From positions 682,001 through 746,000 of the forward strand of contig NW_027266297.1 of assembly GCF_022045235.1 (NCBI RefSeq): DNA of 64,000 nt. Direction: 5' to 3'. Both the position numbers and the translations under genes were made by a program. The DNA is from Haliotis cracherodii (Eukaryota). Below the pieces are notes generated by a model that worked only from the letters and a program-made list of their open reading frames with translations, had not been told where the DNA came from and did not search any database. The first letter of the stretch is position 1. The number at the start of each line of letters is the position of its first letter. This document shows, in pieces, positions 10,516 to 22,500 of this stretch.

Positions 10516-13500
10516 GTAAGTAAACAATGTTGATTTCCTGAAACCTTTGTCGCTTTTGGAAAACATGAACCATTTGTAACCATGGTAACACACAGAATAT
10601 ATAATAGTAGCATATTGAACCAGACAGTTGTGGGTAAAAAAGTATCCACGCTGAGTAATATCCCTGTAAATAAGTAGATTTGTCAGAAAGTGAGAAAAAT
10701 AACAAGTATGTGTTTCCCAATAATCAGAGACATCACTCCAGTAAATGTAACCTGAAACCTTCATGCCAGGTAGGAGCTTCTACACCTGTTCTGTGTCGCC
10801 ATAAGCTAAGGGTGGTTTCATCATTAGTTAATCTGCACCAGTGCACTGATATGACATCATGTTGTTAAAGAATGTTCCAGTCAGTAGGACAAAATAGTAG
10901 TTGTAACGTAGCTAATCAACATGAAGCAAAATGGCTGTCAGTGACCGAAAATAATTGCCCCGATATTCATGCCCATATGGGAAGTGTTCACGTGCATGCA
11001 CGCAGTCACCTTGTGTTACAGTTATAATTACATTCAACTGAGTATGACAACTTGGTAAATATCCCAGAAAATGTCCAGGGACTCCACAGAGTTGTGTCAC
11101 AACTACCACAAGTTTGTTGAGTATTCATTTATTGCAGCTAAAGGAGTCCTACTTTTACATTAACCAGTGAGGGCAGATAGGTGTAAGTATGAATCGCTGG
11201 GCAGAGATTGGTTTGGGTCAGCCCTGGGTCACAAGCAACAATGTCTGGGTCTTAGACGAGTATAGGGAATGACATCCTGATTCTAATGATGAAAGTCTTG
11301 TAACATAATTCAGCAGCTCTTCAGTTGGCATGGTTACTGAATGAAATAACCCTACTTTCTCTAAGATTTTAAAAACATTTTATCCTTTAAAAGTCAAGAT
11401 TACTGTTATTATTTTTTTAAGATTGAAATTAATATGATTAATATATATAACTATATATGTTTACACTTCTTTGATCATTGTTGATTACAGAAAGAGCATT
11501 AGTGTTTAAGATCAGGTGTGAAATGTTGTAATTGAATTGTAACACAGAGTTTTTGGAAATTGACTCCTTGAAAAGCTGCATAAACAACAGTTGACCCTGG
11601 CTGAATAGGTTGTAGCTGTGTGTATGAAGTCTACTGGTTGTAGCTGTGTGTATGAAGCCTACTGGTTGTAGCTGTGTGTGTGTTGTATGAAGTCTACTGG
11701 TTGTAGCTGTGTGTATGAAGCCTACTGGTTGTAGCTGTGTGTGTGTTGTATGAAGTCTACTGGTTGTAGCTGTGTGTGTGTTGTATGAAGTCTACTGGTT
11801 GTAGCTGTGTGTGTGTTGCAGGTGGCAGCTACTACTCCGGACAAGAACCTCGGCCGGACTATGAGTTCAATGTGTGGACAAAACCTGACTGTGGAGGCAC
11901 TGAGTTTGAAAATGGGAACAGGTAGGAGGAATTGAACAGGTTCAGTTAGCATGATTGGGATTTAGGAGAAAATATCTCATGGGTTCATTGTCATGACAAA
12001 TAAGAGCAAGTGTTATTATCAACTAATGCTTTATCATGTTTGTATGTGAAGTATTTGTATCATTTTGCAATGGTTCAGTGCCATCGCCTAGTTTCTCAAA
12101 GCAATCTCAGCACTACGTTGGCTGTTACTCATATACTTAAACATGGACTTAACATAATGTAATAGATGTACGACAGTCATAGTGCTAAGATTGCTTTGTG
12201 GAACTGGACGCATGTAATTGAAAAATAAACTTTACAAAATGACATTGGGAGCTTAAACCATGTCAAAGTTGGACTGTTTCCCTGTCAAATGTTTTCCATC
12301 CTTGTGTTGTCATCTTGTTGCAGATCCTGGTTCTACTTTGGGGTCCGAGGCTGGAACCCGGGTCGCCTCATCAAGATCAACGTGATGAACATGAACCGGC
12401 AGGGCAAGCTGTACAGCCAGGGTCACACCCCACTTGTACGCATCCTCCCCAACAGACCAAAGTGGGAACGCATCAGAGACCGGCCATCTTATGAGGTAAA
12501 TGGGAATTTCTTGGCTGAAAGGGAAAATCAGTTAGTGATACTGACGGCTTCTCGACTCACTGTGTATGAACCAGGTGAAGAATTTAAGGACTACGAGGGC
12601 TATGGTATTTGCTCTTGTGTTATGAATATTCATATTATTTGAATTAAATTGTTGTTTAACGGAACAAACATCTTGATAAATCAGATCACTCTTCTGAAAT
12701 GTCTGAAATGCATTCCACCCCCTGGGCACGTGGGTGACAGCAGGGCACGTGTGTAACAGTAGGGCACGTGAGTGACAGCAGGGCACGTGGGTGACAGCAG
12801 GGCACGTGGGTGACAGCAGGGCATGTGGGTGACAGCAGGGCACGTGTGTAACAGCAGGGCAAGTGGGTGACAGCAGGGCACGTGTGTAACAGCAGGGCAT
12901 GTGGGTGACAGCAGGGCACGTGGGTGACAGCAGGGCACGTGTGTAACAGCAGGGCAAGTGGGTGACAGCAGGGCACGTGTGTAACAGCAGGGCATGTGGG
13001 TGACAGCAGGGCACGTGTGTAACAGCAGGGCAAGTGGGTGACAGCAGGGCACGTGTGTAACAGCAGGGCATGTGGGTGACAGCAGGGCATGTGGGTGACA
13101 GCAGGGCATGTGGGTGACAGCAGGGCACGTGGGTGACAGCAGGGCACGTGTGTAACAGCAGGGCAAGTGGGTGACAGCTGGGCACGTGTGTAACAGCAGG
13201 GCATGTGGGTGACAGCAGGGCACGTGTGTAACAGCAGGGCAAGTGGGTGACAGCAGGGCACGTGTGTAACAGCAGGGCATGTGGGTGACAGCAGGGCAAG
13301 TGGGTGACAGCAGGGCACGTGTGTAACAGCAGGGCATGTGGGTGACAGCAGGGCATGTGGGTGACAGCAGGGCATGTGGGTGACAGCAGGGCACGTGGGT
13401 GACAGCAGGGCACGTGTGTAACAGCAGGGCAAGTGGGTGACAGCAGGGCACGTGTGTAACAGCAGGGCACGTGTGTAACAACAGGGCACGTGGGTGACAG

Positions 13501-16500
13501 CAGGGCACGTGTGTAACAGCAGGGCACGTGTGTAACAGCAGGGCATGTGGGTGACAGCAGGGCACGTGGGTGACAGCAGGGCACGTGGGTGACAGCAGGG
13601 CACGTGTGTAACAGCAGGACACGTGGGTGACAGCAGGGCACGTGGGTGACAGCAGGGCACGTGTGTAACAGCAGGGCACGTGGGTGGCAGCAGGGCACGT
13701 GGGTGACAGCAGGGCACGTGTGTAACAGCAGGGCACGTGGGTGACAGCAGGGCAAGTGGGTGACAGCAGGGCACGTGGGTGGCAGCAGGGCAAGTGGGTG
13801 ACAGCAGGGCATGTGGGTGACAGCAGGGCAAGTGGGTGGCAGTGGGTGACAGCAGGGCACGTGGGTGACAGCAGGGCACGTGGGTGACAGCAGGGCACGT
13901 GGGTGACAGCAGGGCACGTGGGTGGCAGTGGGTGACAGCAGGGCACATTGGTGGCAGCAGGGCAAGTGGGTGACAGCAGGGCAAGTGGGTGACAGCAGGT
14001 GGGTGACAGCAGGGCACGTGGGTGATAGCAGGGCATGTGGGTGACAGCAGGGCACGTGGGTTACAGCAGGGCATGTGGTGACAGCAGGGCATGTGGTGAC
14101 AGCAGGGCATGTGGGTGACAGCAGGGCATGTGGGTGAAGGCCCCCCTCACCCATTCATGATCGAGCATACATAGAAAGAAGGTTGCTACTGTGACAGATA
14201 ACTTTATGCTTTAACACAGTGGATAAATTTTGAAATGTTTAACTTCTTGCTATACAACTATCAATGAAAGTTGAAATTTACAAAAACAAAAGGTATTTTC
14301 ATAATTCAAAAATTCCATGATGAACATTGTAAAGAAGTTCCATTCAAATGAAGGAATGATCAGTGGAATGTTGGTGGCTGTCTGATGGATGTATCATATG
14401 TTTGGTCTCCAGACGGTGGATGGTCAGTTTATCCTGAGCTTCAGCTACCGGTTCCCGGACATCAAGGGAGCGACGGTGTACTTCGCCTTCAGCTACCCCT
14501 GGTCTTACACCGAGTCCCAGGACAGGCTGACCGAACTCGATAAAAAGTTTGAACATTGCAAAAACCTCAGCCCTGACAGGTAGGTAGTCAAAGGTGTCTT
14601 TCTGAAGTCTGTCGGTAGATTAAAGTCTACGCATAGTTTAAACATGGATATTGCTCCAGACCAGTGCCCTTGAGCCTTTCCTCACACAATAGGTTCACAC
14701 GCCGTGATATGACTGAACTATTGTTAAAGTCATCATTGAAACCAGACTGAAATGAAAGAAAATTTTCTAGAAATGGGCTTTTATCTATTGGCTAAAGTGT
14801 CAGACTGGTTCAGTTACAGTGTACAACATTAAGTACTGCATGCAGAACATGTTCACCTTCCTTTGTGTTATCGGTTGTAGCCGACCTGACTCCATCTACT
14901 ATCATCGAGAACTTCTGTGTAAATCTCTGGACAACCTGCGGGTGGACCTCATCACAGTCACGTCTTGTCACAAGCTCTGCTCACAGCGGGAACCCAGATT
15001 TGACGGCAAACTGTTTCCTGACAAGGCCACGCCCAGATGTAGACAGTTCAAAGGCAAACGGGTGAGAGAAGTTGTCTGTCATCAGTGTACTGATTTGGTA
15101 TGATATCACAGTTGTATTCATTGTACTGATTGGCTATGATATCACAGTTGTATTCAGTGTACTGATTGGCTATGATATCACAGTTGTATTAAGTGTACTG
15201 ATTGGGTTTGATGTCACAATTGTATTCAGTATACTGATTGGGTACGATGTCATAGCTGTATCCAGTGTTATGATTGTATGATGTCACAGTTGTATTCAGT
15301 GTAATGCTTGGGTATGATGTCACAGTTGTATGCAGTGTAATGATTGGGTATGATACCACAGTTGTATTCAGTGTAATGATTGTATGATATCACAGTTGTA
15401 TTCAGTGTACTGATTGTATGATATCACAGTTGTATTCAGTGTTATGATTGATGTAACAGTTGTATTTAGTGTAATGATTGGGTATGATGCCACAGTTGTA
15501 TTCAGTGTAATGATTGTATGATATCACAGATGTAGTCATTGTAATGATTGTATGATGTGACAGTTGTATGCAGTGTAATGATTGACTATGATGTCACAGT
15601 TGTATTGAGTTCAGTGGTTGGGTATGATCTTACAGTTGTATTCAGTGTAATGATTGGGTATGATGTCACAGTTGTATTCAGTTCAGTGATTGGGTATGAT
15701 CTTACAGTTGTATTTAGTGTAATGATTGGGTTTGATGTCACAGTTGTATTCAGTATAATGATTGGGTTTGATGTCACAGTTGTATTTAGTGTAATGATTG
15801 GGTATGATGTCACAGTTGTATTCAGTATAATGATTGGGTATTTTGTCACTGTTGTATTCAGTGTAATGATTGGGTATGGTGTCAGTTGTATTCAGTTTAA
15901 TGATTGGGTATGATATCACAGTTGTATTAAGTGTTAAGATTGATGTTTTTAGTGTAATGATTGGGTATGATGTCATAGTTGTATTCATTGTAATGCTTGT
16001 TTATGATGCCACAGTTCTGTTCAGTGTTAAAATTGACTGTGATGTCATAGTTGTATTCAGTTTAGTGATTGGGTATGGTGTCACAGTTGTATTGAGTGTA
16101 ATGATTGGATGTCCCAGTTGTATTCAGTGTTATGATTGACTATGATGTCCCAGTTGTATTCAGTGTTATGATTGACTATGATGTCCCAGTTGTATTCAGT
16201 TTAGTGATTGGGTATGATGTCACAGTTGTATTCAGTTTAGTGATTGGGTATGATGTCACAGTTGTATTCAGTGTAATGATTGGATGTCACAGTTGTATTC
16301 AGTTTAATGTTTGAATATGATGTCGCAGTTGTATTCAATGTAATGAATGATGTCACAGTTGTATTCATTTTAATGATTGACTATGATATCACAGTTTTAT
16401 TCAGTGTACTGATAACAAGTTATCCAGGTGTATTTACTGAGGAGTTATTTGTCATTCCAGGTGTATTTACTGAGGAGTTATTTGTTGTTCCAGGTGTATT

Positions 16501-19500
16501 TACTGAGGAGTTATTTGTTGTTCCAGGTGTATTTACTGAGGAGCTATTTGTCGTTCCAGATGTATTTACTGAGGAGTTATTTGTTCTGCCAGATGTATTT
16601 ACTGAGGAGTTATCTGTTGTTCCAGGTCTATTTACTGAGGAGTTATTTGTTCTGCCAGATGTATTTACTGAGGAGTTATCTGTCGTTCCAGGTGTATTTA
16701 CTGAGGAGTTATTTGTTGTTCCAGGTGTATTTACTGAGGAGTTATTTGTTGTTCCAGGTGTATTTACTGAGGAGTTATTTGTTCTGCCAGATGTATTTAC
16801 TGAGGAGTTATCTGTCGTTCCAGGTGTATTTACTGAGGAGTTATTTGTTGTTCCAGGTGTATTTACTGAGGAGTTATCTGTCGTTCCAGGTGTATTTACT
16901 GAGGAGTTATTTGTTGTTCCAGGTGTATTTACTGAGGAGCTATTTGTCGTTCCAGATGTATTTACTGAGGAGTTATTTGTTCTGCCAGATGTATTTACTG
17001 AGGAGTTATCTGTCGTTCCAGGTGTATTTACTGAGGAGTTATTTGTTGTTCCAGGTGTATTTACTGAGGAGTTATCTGTCGTTCCAGATGTATTTACTGA
17101 GGAGTTATTTATTCTGCCAGATGTATTTACTGAGGAGTTATCTGTCGTTCCAGATGTATTTACTGAGGAGTTATTTGTTGTTCCAGGTGTATTTACTCAG
17201 GAGTTATTTGTTGTTCCAGATGTATTTACTGAGGAGTTATCTGTCGTTCCAGATGTATTTACTGAGGAGTTATTTGTTGTTCCAGGTGTATTTACTGAGG
17301 AGTTATTTGTTCTTCCAGGTGTATTTACTGAGGAGTTATTTGTTGTTCCAGGTGTATTTACTGAGGAGTTATTTGTTGTTCCAGGTGTATTTACTCAGGA
17401 GTTATTTGTTCTTCCAGGTGTATTTACTGAGGAGTTATTTGTTCTTCCAGATGTATTTACTGAGGAGTTATTTGTTGTTCCAGGTGTATTTACTGAGGAG
17501 TTATTTGTTGTTCCAGATGTATTTACTGAGGAGTTATTTGTTGTTCCAGATGTATTTACTGAGGAGTTATCTGTCGTTCCAGATGTATTTACTGAGGAGT
17601 TATTTGTTGTTCCAGGTGTATTTACTCAGGAGTTATTTGTTCTTCCAGATGTATTTACTGAGGAGTTATTTGTTGTTCCAGGTGTATTTACTGAGGAGTT
17701 ATTTGTTGTTCCAGGTCTATTTACTGAGGAGTTATCTGTCGTTCCAGGTGTATTTACTGAGGAGTTATTTGTTGTTCCAGGTGTATTTACTGAGCAGTCG
17801 TGTTCATCCAGGGGAAACACCGGCAAGTTTTGTGTTTAATGGATTCTTGGATTTTATCTTGCGAGAAGATGACTGTCGAGCTCAACAGCTACGTAAACAG
17901 TATGTGTTTAAACTGATACCGATGCTGAATCCGGACGGGGTGATGCGAGGTCACTACAGGACTGACCAGCGGGGCGTCAACCTGAACCGCATGTACCTTG
18001 ACCCAAGTTTCACCCTCCATCCATCCATCTACGCTGCGAAGAGCGTCATCATCTACCACCACGTCCACAACCGCATCAAGAAAGAGGGTGACCTGTCTGA
18101 CATTCAGGTCAACTTCCCACAGGGAGAACTTGTGTCTAGTCCACAGCGACCAGCAACACGTACCCCGAGGCTCAACCTGTCAGGTCAGGGGGAAGCCCTG
18201 AGTTCTCGGACACTGGTCGGAGCTGACCCTCTCTCGTCAAGGACGCCGGGCAGTGGTGCTACAACTGTTGTGATCAGAGACCGTGTTGAACCAGTGGACA
18301 GTCATCGAAGTGACCGGAATCCGGGCGGAAGTGAGGCCACATGGCTTCATGAAACGAACAAGCTGCCCACGCTTGATGTTGAAGGACTAGACTCAAGTCA
18401 CATGGATTCAGCTCAACCAAAGTCATTTCAGATTGAACCTCTGAACCTTGCAGATCTTGACGGGACAGACACATCATTGAGCGATGGTGGACTGGCTCCG
18501 GACACCATGCCTGCCAACCACGTGTCGTCTTCATGTTGTAGTGTACTCAGTAATCTCGACATGACCAAAGACCAGCGCCGCGTGGACAGCGAGTTGAGAC
18601 TCCGCCTGTCAGAACTGAACATGTCAGATGACTTCCGATGTGATGGTGGCCCGGCCAATGAGTTGATGGCTGATACAGATGATGAGGGTGATGGAGACAC
18701 AGACAACCTTGGCAACGAAGGGTCGGAGGATGAGGGGGCCGTGTACGTCACTAGCACTAACTCCCCTCATCTGTCAGATCCGAAACTCAAAGAGATTCCT
18801 CCTCATGAGAGTGGGATAGCTTTTTATGTGGATTTACATGGGCATGCGTCGAAACGAGGCTGCTTCATCTACGGCAACTACTATGAGAATGAAGATACTC
18901 AGGTGAGCTGCGACTGCTTCTTATTATGATCATGCTCAGTGCACTAGGGTCATGATGATGGTGAGTTTTGCTTATGAGTGTAAAAAGATCCATGTTTTCT
19001 TGGTAACATATTCCGTGTTACACATCCGTGGTTCCTGGGGTGCTTCAGGTCAACTCTTGTAGTGTTGGAATCTTGACACCCTAAATTTAAAACTTTCAAC
19101 ATTAGGTTTATGGAGCGGCCCATTGACTTGTTTGCATATTTTCAAACACTGCTTGATATTGTCTGCTCTTCTGTGTGGAACTGACATGTCCTTAGTTAAT
19201 ATACAGTGTCAGGTCATGTAAGTCGGTAAAATCTGTTGTTCTAAGACATACAAAAAAGTATTGTTTAGGATGAAAAGTTAAGATTAATTTGTTCTCATTT
19301 TCTGACTTTGGAGAAAGTCCAACATGTCTGAAGCTTAAAAGGTTCCTTTGGTCAGGTGAGCTATGCTAATAATCATCCTCATATTCACAATAAAATCTAC
19401 TGGAAATGGAGTCACGAGACAGGTTCGGTCTGTAGTAGACTCAGAAGTTTCTATGGCAAACTGTTGAGGGAGGCAGGCATCTTTGTAAGATTCTTTTTTA

Positions 19501-22500
19501 TTGATCATTTGATGTGGAAAAGACAGCTTCTCTCCATGAGGACTGACAAGCAGGACAATAGTCTTCATCTATTATGTGTTTCTGACTGTAACCATGTGTA
19601 TCTGACTGTAACCATGTGTATCTGACTGTAACCATGTGTATCTGACTGTAACCATGTGTTTCTGACTGTAACCATGTGTATCTGATTGTAACCATGTGTA
19701 TCTGACTGTAAGCCATATGTATCCGACTGTAGCCATGTATCTGACTGTAACCATGTGTATCTGACTGTAACCATGTGTTTCTGACTGTAAGCCATGTGTA
19801 TCTAACTGTAACCATGTGTATCTGACTGTAAGCCATATATATCTGACTGTAGCCATGTATCTGACTGTAACCATGTGTATCTGACTGTAACCATGTGTAT
19901 CTGACTGTAACCATGTGTTTCTGACTGTAACCATGTGTATCTGATTGTAACCATGTGTATCTGACTGTAAGCCATATGTATCTGACTGTAGCCATGTATC
20001 TGACTGTAACCATGTGTATCTGACTGTAACCATGTGTTTCTGACTGTAAGCCATGTGTATCTGACTGTAACCATATGTATCTGACTGTAAGCCATATGTA
20101 TCTGACTGTAGCCATGTATCTGACTGTAACCATGTGTATCTGACTGTAACCATGTGTATCTGGCTGTAACCATGTGTTTCTGACTGTTAGCCATGTGTTT
20201 CTGACTGTAACCATGTGTATCTGACTGTAACCATGTGTATCTGACTGTAACCATGTGTTTCTGACTGTAAGCCATGTGTACCTGACTGTAGCCATGTATC
20301 TGACTGTAACCATGTGTATCTGATTGTAACCATGTGTACCTGACTGTAACCATATGTTTCTGACTGTAAGCCATGTGTTTCTGACTGTAACCATATGTAT
20401 CTGACTGTAACCATGTGTATCTGACTGTAACCATGTGTATCTGACTGTAACCATGTGTATCTGACTGTAACCATGTGTATCTGACTGTAACCATGTGTTT
20501 CTGACTGTAACCATGTGTATCTGACTGTAACCATGTGTATCTGATTGTAACCATGTGTATCTGACTGTAACCATGTGTTTCTGACTGTAACCATGTGTAT
20601 CTGACTGTAACCATGTGTTTCTGACTGTAACCATGTGTATCTGACTGTAACCATGTGTTTCTGACTGTAACCATGTGTATCTGATTGTAACCATGTGTAT
20701 CTGACTGTAAGCCATATGTATCCGACTGTAGCCATGTATCTGACTGTAACCATGTGTATCTGACTGTAACCATGTGTTTCTGACTGTAAGCCATGTGTAT
20801 CTGACTGTAACCATGTGTATCTGACTGTAAGCCATATGTATCTGACTGTAGCCATGTATCTGACTGTAACCATGTGTATCTGACTGTAACCATGTGTATC
20901 TGACTGTAACCATGTGTTTCTGACTGTTAGCCATGTGTTTCTGACTGTAACCATGTGTTTCTGACTGTAACCATGTGTATCTGACTGTAACCATGAGTAT
21001 CTGACTGTAACCATGTGTTTCTGACTGTAAGCCATGTGTATCTGACTGTAGCCATGTATCTGACTGTAACCATGTGTATCTGACTGTAACCATGTGTACC
21101 TGACTGTAACCATGTGTTTCTGACTGTAAGCCATGTGTTTCTGACTGTAACCATATGTATCTGACTGTAACCATGTGCTTCTGACTGTAAGCCGTATGTA
21201 TCTGACTGTAACCATGTGTATCTGACTGTAACCATGTGTTTCTGACAGTAAGCCATGTGTATCTGACTGTAACCATGTGTATCTGACTGTAACCATGTGT
21301 TTCCGACTGTTAACCATTTGTATCTGACTGTAACCATGTGTATCTGACTGTAACCATGTGTATCTGTCTGTAACCATGTGTTTCTGACTGTAAGCCATGT
21401 GTTTCTGACTGTTACCATGTGTATCTGACTGTAACCATGTGTATCTGACTGTAACCATGTGTTTCTAACTGTAAGCCATGTGTATCTGACTGTAGCCCAT
21501 GTATCTGACTGTAACCATGTGTATTTGACTGTAACCATGTGTTTCTGACTGTAACCATGTGCTTCTGACTGTAACCATGTGTATCTGACTGTAACCATGT
21601 GTATCTGACTGTAACCATGTGTTTCTGACTTTAAGTCATGTGTATCTGACTGTAGCCATGTATCTGACTGTAACCATGTGTATCTGACTGTAACCATGTG
21701 TATCTGACTGTAGTCATGTTTCTGACTGTAGTCATGTTTCTGACTGTAACCATGTGTATCTGACTGTAACCATGTGTTTCTGGCTGTAAGCCATGTGTAT
21801 CTGACTGTAACCATGTGTATCTGACTGTAGTCATATTTCTGACTGTAACCATGTGTATCTGACTGTAGCCATGTGTATCTGACTGTAACCATGTGTATCT
21901 GACTGTAACTGTTGTTATCGCCAGGTTGAAAACATGATGTTCCCAAAGTTGATCTCCATCAACACAGCACACTTTGACTTCACGGGCTGCAACTTCTCGG
22001 AGCGGAACATGTACTCGAAGGACAGGCGTGATGGGATGTCCAAAGAAGGCAGCGGCAGAGTCGCTGTGTTCAAGGCTATTGGCATCATACACAGGTGAGT
22101 TGGGAATCTATTCTACCCTGAAGTCCCCACAGGGGAGAAGTAAGTACTTGAGTGTGATCCTTGTACTGATTCTAGGAAATGAGTGTTAGTGTGTCATAAA
22201 TACATTTCTGACACAAGTTTAGTTTGGGATATCAAAAGCAACATACATGATATCATAACTGTTTACGTCATCAGTGCTGTGTATGTCGTGTGTATTGTTA
22301 TCGATGTCAACAGTGGCCTCTGCATGACGTCATCAGTGCTGTGTATGTCATGTGTATTGTTATCCATGTCAACAGTGGTCTCTGCATGACGTCATCAGTG
22401 CTGTGTATGTCATGTGTATTGTTATCCATGTCAACAGTGGCCTCTACATGACGTCATCAGTGCTGTGTATGTCGTGTGTATTGTTATCCATGTCAACAGT

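Noticed and set aside
12532-14154. 450-540 aa Cys/His/Pro-rich ORFs
   Set aside because: Open in all three - strand frames because the 19-bp unit lacks stops; lies antisense within an AGBL5 intron.
16280-17839. 519-aa [11 protein letters not shown] repeat ORF
   Set aside because: Alternate frame of the 33-bp acceptor array; no independent gene signals.
19498-21946. Long - strand ORFs (up to 592 aa)
   Set aside because: Translations of the 20-bp minisatellite.
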